Source: Callorhinchus milii (taxonomy: Eukaryota). From it: a DNA stretch of 64,000 nt. Below, piece after piece: positions 58,701 to 64,000 of the stretch (its first letter is position 1; each line of letters starts with the position of its first letter). The DNA lies in contig NW_024704743.1 in the NCBI RefSeq assembly GCF_018977255.1, forward strand, positions 24,678,001-24,742,000. Direction: 5' to 3'. The position numbers and the translations under genes were made by a program. The notes beneath the pieces are model-generated. The model was not told the origin of the DNA, did no database searches, and saw only the letters and a program-made list of their open reading frames with translations.

Positions 58701-61700
58701 ATGGGGAAGGAGGGTAGCAAGCCGGAGGGATTGAGGGAGAGTGTTCCAAAGCTTCAGGGCGTAGCAGCTGAAAGCATGACCACTGATGGTGAGATGGAAG
58801 GCACAAGGGACAAGCAGGAGGCCGGAGCCAGTCAGTAGAGGCAAAGGGCGGTGGGTTGGGGAGTAAGCAGGTTGGAGAGGTAGGGAGGTTTCAGGGCATG
58901 AAGGTATTTTGAAGACTAGTGCGAGGAGCTTGAAATCGATCCGTTCGGTAATAGTGAACCAGTGAAGCCTGGCAAGAACTGGTGATGGGGGTACGGAGTT
59001 TAGTGTGAGCGAATATGTGGGTGGCGGAGTTTTTGATTAACTGGATCTTGTGCATTATGGAGCTGGGGAGACCAGTGAGGAAGGCATTTGAGTAGAAAAA
59101 CAGGAGGGGAGGGACTTCCAAATTTACATTTATATAGAGTCCTTCAAGGACATCCCAAGGCTCTTTAAATACAGTATTTATAGTTATTTGTTGTAATAGA
59201 GTCATGATTACATTGTTTTAGTACATTTAATAGCTTTATTACTAACGTATTCAGATAGTCACTATAATGTCACTAAAAATGAGATGAAAATGTGTTTTTT
59301 AAGAAAAGAAATTTGATCAGCCAGGGAAGATTGGAATTTTTAAGTGTAAAACATTTAAATTTCTTTCTCAGATATCTTTTATTTATTTCAATTTGTTTAT
59401 TTACTTATTCCTTTTAATTGCGTCAGTGTATTTTGTCTCAGTTATCATCCAGGCATGTCACCGGACGTCAGATTAGGTTAGGTACACAATTCAGTGTTAA
59501 CACTCCAGTATAATGATAATAATAATCCTTGCATTTGATATAGCACCTTATCACATCATCGAGAATATACTGTTGTAAAGTGGATTCACTGTGTATTCTG
59601 TGGGCAAAACGTGGTAGCCAGTTGCCCACAACAATGTCCCACATTATCATGGAATAAGTGACCAATTTTATTTGGGGGATTGTTAGCCAGGACACCTGGA
59701 GAAATTCCCTTCACTTTTCAAATAGTGCCATGGGATCTTTAATGTCTACCTGAACAGGTCGATGGAGCCTCAGTTAATCTCTCATCCGAAGGACAGATGA
59801 GAATAACTAGCATCACAATTCAGAAATCTATTCATAAACCTGTTAAAAAGTTACTTGGAGGAGCGCAGATGGTTTAAATTGTGAAATCAGAGCTGAGATT
59901 ATAATTAATGTCACTCCATTAATGAAGAGATTTACATTTCATTCGCTTCCCCCTCCTTCCAATCTCCTCCATCACCTCCCCCAACCCACCCCCCCCCCCC
60001 CCCCCCCCCGCCACTAGCGCCATAAAATTCACTTTACACAATCTCACAAGTAATATTTGGACAGAAATCTTGTCCATGTCAGGACTGGGACCTGTTAACC
60101 ACAAAGGAAGCAAGTTGCGTTCTAGGTTTCAATCTTCCCGGACTCTACAATCTTTTATTGCTCATACCACACAGGACATTAAAGTTAAACCATTTTTAAG
60201 TTCACTTGTTTACTGTTAATGTTACTAAACAGGTAACTATGCCAATCATTGTTATGCTTTCATTAAACTAGCGTAATTTCGTTAAACAATCGAGTACAAG
60301 GAATAAATTATAACTGTTAAGTCTGAGAGTCTGCAAATTTTCTTATAAACCATTCAGTCAAAGAAATGTAGATGTCATTAAATATACAAACCGCACCTTC
60401 TTTAAGCTTTGCACTTTGTTGAGGTATAATGGAAATCCTTTTGATGATTTCATAGCAAAGTTTCTTCTGGAATTCCTCCTTAATTTTGTCTAACAATTCA
60501 AACTGTCTACGCGGGAGACAAATCTGCGTAATGGATGAGAGGCAATATTGTTCAGTTCAGTTTGACTGGCATTCTTGATCCCTAAAGCGAACACAACAAC
60601 ACCCTTATCTCTAAGTTCAATCGCTGGTTTGGTTACATCATCGTCCGACGTTCCGTCAGTGATCACAATTGCAATCTGAGGGATTCCTTGATTTGCTCGA
60701 CTGACTGAGCTTTTTGTAAAGTAATTGTCTTTCATATAGTGTATGGCTTTCCCTATGGCAGTGTTTCCTTTCCTGAAAGGGAATGTTTTTACCTGTTTAA
60801 GGATGTCATTCTTGTTTTGATTTGACCGAAAAGTGATCTCTTGTGATTCGCCATCGTTGTAATGGATTAAACCAATCCTCACCTTTTGTGCACCCACATT
60901 CAGGTTACGAATAATATTAGAGAGAAAATTACGGACAAGTTCAAAATGTGTTTCTCCGATGCTCGTGGATCCGACTACTAGGAAAACAATATCAGCAATC
61001 GGTGCATCTTGCACACTGTAAAACACACAAGCCAAATACAAATTTATGAGCTGCAGTAGAAATATTTTCCAGAATAATACTAAAACAGACTTTAAAAGGA
61101 GAAATAACACCAAAATAGTAGGAATAAAAAATGCAGCAAGTGATATAATAATTGTCTCCAGTGCTAATTATCAGATTGCGACATTCCATGTCTAAAGATG
61201 TTTCCATTCACAAATACTACAAGGATCATCTCCCCTGAGTTCATTCATGTTTCTCCCAAAAGCCACTTACTGGAGTCCTGTAGCTCAGTGGTAAGAGCAC
61301 TCGCTTTGCAAGTGAGAGACCTGAGTTCAATTCCAGGCAGGTCAGGGCGAAACCTTGGGCAAGTTTCCTTACTCCACACAGAGACTAATAATAATCCCTC
61401 CAAAACCAAAAACAATAATAAATTGGTCATTTTCAATCTACGACTGTTTGTGGGACATTGCTGTGCGCAATTGGCTGCCGCGTTCGCCCACAAATATACA
61501 GTCAATTCACTTTACAGTGTGTTTTGTGAAGCGCTTTGGGACGTCCGCCTGACGTGAAAAGCGCTATATCAGATGCAAGGATTATTATTATTATTATTAT
61601 TATATTACTGCAGCTTTACAGCCACGTGGACACTCTAATCCTGCCAACCATGCAGATCCTAGATATTTGTCTGTTCAGAGAATACCAGCTTTGAAAAGAA

Positions 61701-63943
61701 ATTATTGACTGGTCAGCTCCAAGCACAGAATGTCGCATGATATGATAATTATCACATCTTCCTTCCTCATGTAGTTGGTGTCAGGCACTATTTGTCTTCT
61801 CGGTTTCTGCTCTGCACGATGATGAATTTAGCACAGTTATGTGAATATATAATGAGAACGCAATATAGAACAAACCAACATAACGAAAAGTCTATTCCTG
61901 CTGCATGCCCATACAAAACTGCAGAAAATATTAGAATCTCTAAATTTCTCAGAGTGCTCAAGGTTACCCTATTTCACTAAATACGAGCAAATCAGGATCA
62001 AGACTTCCTTAGAGAATAGATAATCCAAATTACTTCAGGAACGCAAACATTTACTTACCACCAGATCACGGACCAAGCAGATAAGATTATAATTACAATT
62101 AAAATTACGATCATGGAAGATCCCTGCACTAGGAGCCTCCTATGCCTTATTTTTCCAAATTTGTATTTTCGTAAAGGTTAAATCCAGTCACACGGGGTCA
62201 ATTAGTATGTTCAGCCATTTGCTATGGATATTCATATTAAATGAACAAGTAACATGAAGCATCACTTCACATCACAAGATCACAATACTGGTCTGGATGA
62301 AAAAGGCCGTTGTCCATCCAAACCACCCTCCCTTATTACTGCATCAAGCGCATATGTTTTTTTTAAAAAAAACATGTCTAGTGTCCTGGTCTCTATCACC
62401 TTTTCTGGTAACCTGTGCTAGTTGTTGATTATCTTCTGCATAAAGAAACATTTCCTCGTGTCTGTCCTGAAATTGCCCTTTACAACTCTAAACCTATGTC
62501 CTCTTGTTCTTCTTCCCGATTATTGATCTGGGTTTACTTTTTCAATCCTATTTAAAAGTTGTACACCTCTATGTGGTCCTCTCTGACTTGCTTTCTCTCA
62601 AGACTGAAGAACCCTAACTTATCTAATGTTGTTCATAGCTCATTCGACTAATACTTGGGATCATCCTTGTTAAATATGACTAATCAGTTCACAATACACT
62701 CTAAGGATATCTATTCAAGCTCCTTATTTGGAGTTAGAACCAATGTTCCAAAGATCTGTAATAGGAACCCTGATAAATTATATACAATTGGTTTCCTATC
62801 CTTTTGTCACTATGTCAGAAGAAGCTTGATATTGTTGCTGTTGAATGGTTCGCCTACATTGCACCTCTTGGACTATTGTTAGTTTGTGTAAACACGTTAT
62901 GATTAAACACTGCTGGAGTGTAATAACGATATTAATAATAATAATAATCCTTGCATTTGATATAGCGCTTTTCATGTCGGGAGGACGTCCCAAAGCGCTT
63001 CACAGAATATACTGTAAAGTGAATTGACTGTATATTTGTGGGCGAACGCGGCAGCCAATTGCGCACAGCAATGTCCCACAAACAGTCGTGGATTGAAAAT
63101 GACCAAGTTATTATTGTTTTTGGTTTTTGGAGGGATTATTATTAGGCTCTGTGTGGAGTAAGGAAACTTGCCCAAGGTTTCACCCTGCCTGGAATTGAAC
63201 TCAGGTCTCTCACTTGCAAAGCGAGTGCTCTAACCACTGAGCTACAGGACTACAGTAATCAGCAACAGTGTAAAAATAACATTGTAAGAAATAACATTAA
63301 TAATAATTCTGATTTGGCAGAAAGAAAACATCATTACCTGCTGGTGGTTCCTTTGAATCTCCTTGTTTAGTTATATTTTTTATTGTAGAAACCACATCTT
63401 GTGATGGCTGATACACAATGTTAAAGTCAATAGTTTTGAATATAGATGGTGGGTATGAAAAGTGCCGAGTTATGAACAACTGATCTAAATCTGATTTCCC
63501 AACACCTATGGAAATAATTTTCACACCAACTTTGTTCAAAGATTCAAAAGGTGTTTTCACATCATCTTCTGATGGTGTGGCAGAAATGACCACTGCAATC
63601 TGAGGAACACCTTCATCCTTTCGACTTCCAGCAGATGGTATAAAGTAGTTTGAGCGAAGGTAATCAATAGCATGTCCTGTTTTTAGTCCTGCTCCACCTC
63701 TATAGGTAAACTTCTTCCTTACGTAATTCAGCACCTGGCCCTTTGTGACAAATTGATTCAAGAAGAACTCATTGTGCACGTCCCTGTTATACTGAGCAAG
63801 TCCGATTCTGTATTTATCCGCTCCAATATTCAGCTGGCTAATAGTTTGTGTAAGAAAAAGCTGTATCTGTTGAAACCCTATTTTTCCTATGTTCTGAGAT
63901 CCTTCGACCAGAAATACAACATCAGCAAAAAGCTCAGAAGGAC
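4720..63943 (-). CDS. COL6A6: Collagen alpha-6(VI)-like long chain gene (COL6A6/A4/A5 clade), multi-exon, 5' end outside window, frame disrupted as written
   Basis: 7 N-terminal VWA domains, 336-aa Gly-X-Y helix with Cys50, 2 C-terminal VWA domains and a GINKYPP motif after C2; exons join with consistent phase. Exact orthology among A4/A5/A6 needs a phylogeny. Confidence 0.8.
4838..4943 (-). CDS. COL6A6: Exon: post-C2 tail
   Basis: [22 protein letters not shown]...; probable donor CA|GTATGT (3' boundary less sure). Confidence 0.8.
5982..6653 (-). CDS. COL6A6: Exon: VWA domain C2
   Basis: CACAG|AT..TCAA|GTAAG, 672 nt; DECNPD...LDMAFVVD...[10 protein letters not shown]. Confidence 0.93.
6877..6976 (-). 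CDS. COL6A6: Exon: VWA domain C1 part 2
   Basis: TCAAG|GCT..TATG|GTATG, 100 nt, phase 0-1; [13 protein letters not shown]...LCRLCY. Confidence 0.85.
7096..8226 (+). mobile_element. Probable solo LTR
   Basis: TGAAATA...TTATTCA termini, flanks TATAA/TTTAA, CACGTG 7774, ATTGG 7807, TATAAA 7823, AATAAA 8150 and 8174. Confidence 0.5.
8263..8971 (+). mobile_element. L2-type LINE 3' fragment
   Basis: [10 protein letters not shown] / RLHWLP / LWN..P motifs, (TTG)n tail. Confidence 0.9.
9889..9933. repeat. Perfect palindrome, 22-bp arms, 1-nt loop
   Basis: TTGTTTCACTGCATTACCAATT-G-AATTGGTAATGCAGTGAAACAA. Confidence 0.95.
9979..10472 (-). CDS. COL6A6: Exon: VWA domain C1 part 1
   Basis: 494 nt, tandem acceptor CAGCAG (10472 or 10469), donor [21 protein letters not shown]...[10 protein letters not shown]...[11 protein letters not shown]. 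Confidence 0.94.
10584..10598 (-). CDS. COL6A6: 15-nt micro-exon (P-C-C-S-K)
   Basis: TTGCAG|CTTGTTGTTCAAAAA|GTAAGT, phase 1-1, supplies the PCC motif of collagen VI long chains. Confidence 0.82.
10710..11220 (+). mobile_element. Degenerate L2 RT fragment
   Basis: Decayed match to the YADDTQIY region of 22900-23290. Confidence 0.7.
11766..11802 (-). CDS. COL6A6: Post-helix Cys linker exon, 37 nt
   Basis: AG/GT bounded; [12 protein letters not shown], phase 0-1. Confidence 0.9.
11902..11937 (-). CDS. COL6A6: Last triple-helix exon, 36 nt
   Basis: AG/GT bounded; [12 protein letters not shown]. Confidence 0.9.
13002..13064 (-). CDS. COL6A6: Triple-helix exon, 63 nt
   Basis: AG/GT bounded; [21 protein letters not shown]. 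Confidence 0.92.
13686..13748 (-). CDS. COL6A6: Triple-helix exon, 63 nt
   Basis: AG/GT bounded; [21 protein letters not shown]. Confidence 0.92.
13851..13886 (-). CDS. COL6A6: Triple-helix exon, 36 nt
   Basis: AG/GT bounded; [12 protein letters not shown]. Confidence 0.9.
14160..14665 (-). mobile_element. L2-type LINE 3' fragment
   Basis: Homologous to 15108-15840 and 8263-8971. Confidence 0.8.
15108..15840 (-). mobile_element. L2-type LINE 3' fragment
   Basis: ORF 15167..15976: [28 protein letters not shown]; tail present. Confidence 0.92.
16898..16948 (-). CDS. COL6A6: Triple-helix exon, 51 nt (collagen VI-type interruption)
   Basis: AG/GT bounded; [17 protein letters not shown]. Confidence 0.92.
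17246..17614 (-). mobile_element. SINE copy carrying a ~98-bp insertion
   Basis: SINE head and Deu core interrupted at 17418-17515. Confidence 0.85.
17900..18780 (+). mobile_element. Degenerate L2 endonuclease-region fragment
   Basis: Decayed match to 32270-33130. Confidence 0.7.
18884..18945 (-). CDS. COL6A6: Triple-helix exon, 62 nt as written (63 needed; 1-nt deletion)
   Basis: [14 protein letters not shown] then TGPRGLM in a shifted frame; donor ATG|GTGAG. Confidence 0.88.
19244..19306 (-). CDS. COL6A6: Triple-helix exon, 63 nt
   Basis: AG/GT bounded; [21 protein letters not shown]. Confidence 0.92.
19570..20060 (+). mobile_element. Old CR1-type LINE 3' fragment
   Basis: Decayed similarity to the LGLFSLE.RRLRGDLI / FFTQ..WN region. 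Confidence 0.65.
21873..21935 (-). CDS. COL6A6: Triple-helix exon, 63 nt (first Gly replaced by Asn)
   Basis: [37 protein letters not shown]. Confidence 0.85.
22145..22412 (-). mobile_element. L2 3' fragment
   Basis: HLKTFLLD motif and L2 tail on the minus strand. Confidence 0.8.
22421..23899 (+). mobile_element. L2-type LINE, 5'-truncated, reverse transcriptase domain
   Basis: ORF 22379..23881: [41 protein letters not shown]; (TTG)n tail. Confidence 0.95.
24373..24435 (-). CDS. COL6A6: Triple-helix exon, 63 nt
   Basis: AG/GT bounded; [21 protein letters not shown]. Confidence 0.92.
25760..29870 (+). mobile_element. Near-full-length degenerate CR1-type LINE with nested insertions
   Basis: CpG-rich 5' region; ORF1 esterase remnants (VISGLLP, DGLHLN); ORF2 remnants [47 protein letters not shown]; many stops. 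Confidence 0.92.
30809..30844 (-). CDS. COL6A6: Triple-helix exon, 36 nt
   Basis: AG/GT bounded; [12 protein letters not shown]. Confidence 0.92.
31139..31192 (-). CDS. COL6A6: Triple-helix exon, 54 nt
   Basis: AG/GT bounded; [18 protein letters not shown]. Confidence 0.92.
31610..34775 (+). mobile_element. Long degenerate L2-type LINE (endonuclease + RT) with internal deletion
   Basis: [47 protein letters not shown]; (TTG)n tail; nested L2 tail at about 33690-33775. Confidence 0.92.
34890..34955 (-). CDS. COL6A6: Triple-helix exon, 66 nt (collagen VI-type interruption)
   Basis: AG/GT bounded; [22 protein letters not shown]. Confidence 0.9.
36376..36438 (-). CDS. COL6A6: Triple-helix exon, 63 nt
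   Basis: AG/GT bounded; [21 protein letters not shown]. Confidence 0.92.
36576..36890 (-). mobile_element. SINE copy
   Basis: Tail, Deu core and partial head match the 56736 copy. Confidence 0.8.
36961..37200. repeat. Imperfect ~240-bp palindrome
   Basis: 36961-37076 is the reverse complement of 37085-37200 with scattered mismatches. Confidence 0.92.
37251..37388. repeat. Minisatellite, 20-bp unit GGGGACATTTGTGACATACT, about 7 copies
   Basis: Direct tandem repetition visible. Confidence 0.95.
37400..38310 (+). mobile_element. Degenerate CR1 ORF1 remnant with a nested fragment of the third non-LTR family (about 37775-38048)
   Basis: DGLHLN..LA..I.RA..LN* at 38092-38174; nested part matches 47530-47800. 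Confidence 0.65.
39289..39342 (-). CDS. COL6A6: Triple-helix exon, 54 nt
   Basis: AG/GT bounded; [18 protein letters not shown]. Confidence 0.92.
39421..39465 (-). CDS. COL6A6: Triple-helix exon, 45 nt
   Basis: AG/GT bounded; [15 protein letters not shown]. Confidence 0.9.
39570..39596 (-). CDS. COL6A6: Triple-helix exon, 27 nt
   Basis: AG/GT bounded; GRNGYPGEM. Confidence 0.9.
39692..39763 (-). CDS. COL6A6: Triple-helix exon, 72 nt, contains helix Cys (GC donor)
   Basis: [24 protein letters not shown], donor AAG|GCAAG. Confidence 0.9.
39961..40255. mobile_element. Fold-back / MITE-like element with ~70-bp imperfect terminal inverted repeats
   Basis: TGACTGACC..GTTTTGAAATG..GATGGA..AGCCATCTTTCTG..CACA.ACAGTG mirrored at 40175-40255. 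Confidence 0.7.
40451..40504 (-). CDS. COL6A6: Triple-helix exon, 54 nt
   Basis: AG/GT bounded; [18 protein letters not shown]. Confidence 0.88.
41364..41456 (-). CDS. COL6A6: Exon: Cys-rich linker and start of triple helix
   Basis: 93 nt; [31 protein letters not shown]. Confidence 0.93.
42123..42268 (-). CDS. COL6A6: Exon: VWA domain N1 part 3
   Basis: AACAG|GA..ATA|GTAAG, 146 nt; [11 protein letters not shown]...IEFGRGFEY. Confidence 0.92.
42320..42830 (-). mobile_element. CR1-type LINE 3' fragment
   Basis: ORF 42446..42868: [32 protein letters not shown]. Confidence 0.92.
43400..44030 (-). mobile_element. Old L2 fragment
   Basis: Homologous to 29870-30220 and L2 3' ends. Confidence 0.7.
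44847..44925 (-). CDS. COL6A6: Exon: VWA domain N1 part 2 (GC donor)
   Basis: TGTAG|GTG..GGAG|GCAAGT, 79 nt; [26 protein letters not shown]. Confidence 0.88.
45344..45687 (-). CDS. COL6A6: Exon: VWA domain N1 part 1
   Basis: TTCAG|AT..ACAG|GTAAC, 344 nt, phase 1-0; [11 protein letters not shown]. Confidence 0.9.
46570..47800 (+). mobile_element. Degenerate non-LTR retrotransposon of a third family
   Basis: [30 protein letters not shown], then YRYLGV near 47050; unlike the local L2 and CR1 RTs. Confidence 0.8.
47878..48435 (-). CDS. COL6A6: Exon: VWA domain N2 (GC donor)
   Basis: TCCAG|AC..AAAG|GCAAGT, 558 nt; [13 protein letters not shown]...[12 protein letters not shown]. Confidence 0.92.
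49019..49455 (-). mobile_element. Young L2 3' fragment
   Basis: [26 protein letters not shown]; near-identical to 57125-57592; CpGs intact. Confidence 0.93.
50015..50180 (+). mobile_element. Young L2 3' tail fragment
   Basis: Reverse complement of 49019-49190. Confidence 0.9.
51486..52061 (-). CDS. COL6A6: Exon: VWA domain N3
   Basis: TACAG|AT..CTTG|GTAAG, 576 nt; [10 protein letters not shown]. Confidence 0.94.
52685..52972 (+). mobile_element. SINE copy
   Basis: tRNA-like head, Deu core, L2-like tail. Confidence 0.88.
53813..54373 (-). CDS. COL6A6: Exon: VWA domain N4
   Basis: TTTAG|CC..AAAG|GTAGG, 561 nt; [12 protein letters not shown]...[11 protein letters not shown]. Confidence 0.94.
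54595..55193 (+). mobile_element. L2 3' fragment
   Basis: [26 protein letters not shown]; (TTG)n tail. Confidence 0.9.
56736..57121 (-). mobile_element. Full-length SINE copy
   Basis: tRNA-like head to (TTA)n tail. Confidence 0.9.
57125..57592 (-). mobile_element. Young L2 3' fragment
   Basis: [32 protein letters not shown]; tail abuts the SINE head. Confidence 0.93.
57739..58298 (-). CDS. COL6A6: Exon: VWA domain N5 (one 1-nt deletion as written)
   Basis: TTCAG|GC..GAAG|GTTAG, 560 nt (561 needed); split over ORFs 58024..58326 and 57734..58087. Confidence 0.9.
58600..59100 (-). mobile_element. L2 3' fragment
   Basis: [29 protein letters not shown]. Confidence 0.85.
60397..61015 (-). CDS. 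COL6A6: Exon: VWA domain N6 (two 1-nt deletions as written)
   Basis: TACAG|TG..GAAG|GTGCG, 619 nt (621 needed for phase 1-1); IADIVFLV...[12 protein letters not shown]. Confidence 0.88.
61272..61602 (+). mobile_element. Full-length tRNA-derived Deu-type SINE with L2-like tail
   Basis: A box TAGCTCAGTGG 61281, TGC anticodon-like loop, B box GAGTTCAATTCC 61324, core TGTGGGACATTGCTGTGCGCAATTGGCTGCCGCGTT, (TTA)n tail. Confidence 0.93.
62280..62680 (-). mobile_element. Old CR1 3' fragment
   Basis: Minus-strand similarity to the CR1 LG.FSLE.. and 3' UTR region. Confidence 0.65.
62933..63251 (-). mobile_element. Full-length SINE copy
   Basis: Near-exact reverse complement of 61272-61602. Confidence 0.93.
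63338..63943 (-). CDS. COL6A6: Exon: VWA domain N7
   Basis: ACAG|GT..GCAG|GTAAT, 606 nt, phase 1-1; [16 protein letters not shown]...[11 protein letters not shown]. Confidence 0.93.
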
Positions 63944-64000
63944 CTGTCAATTTTAAATAATAAGAGTTAATTTTTAATTCTTAAGCTTTTAAATAGTCAG

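Noticed and set aside
61272..61345. tRNA-Ala gene
   Set aside because: The tRNA-like head runs directly into SINE core and tail, and recurs in many diverged copies.

Overview
Eukaryotic vertebrate genomic DNA. The repeat content (tRNA-headed Deu-type SINEs, L2 and CR1 LINEs) suggests a cartilaginous fish; this is inference, not a search result. Almost the whole window is one minus-strand, multi-exon collagen VI long-chain gene of the COL6A6/COL6A4/COL6A5 clade. I traced 34 exons plus a tentative 35th by splice sites and phase. They encode seven N-terminal VWA domains, a 336-residue Gly-X-Y helix with a Cys at helix position 50, and two C-terminal VWA domains; the signal-peptide exon lies beyond the right edge. 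As written the gene has four single-base deletions, three unexpected Gly substitutions in the helix and several degenerate MIDAS motifs, so it is either a decaying pseudogene or a draft-assembly error. It also uses three GC-AG introns and a 15-nt micro-exon. Introns hold L2, CR1, a third non-LTR family, SINEs sharing the L2 tail, a probable antisense solo LTR, fold-back structures, a minisatellite and a templated local insertion. I found no evidence of a wholly new biological system, CRISPR array or genuine RNA gene.
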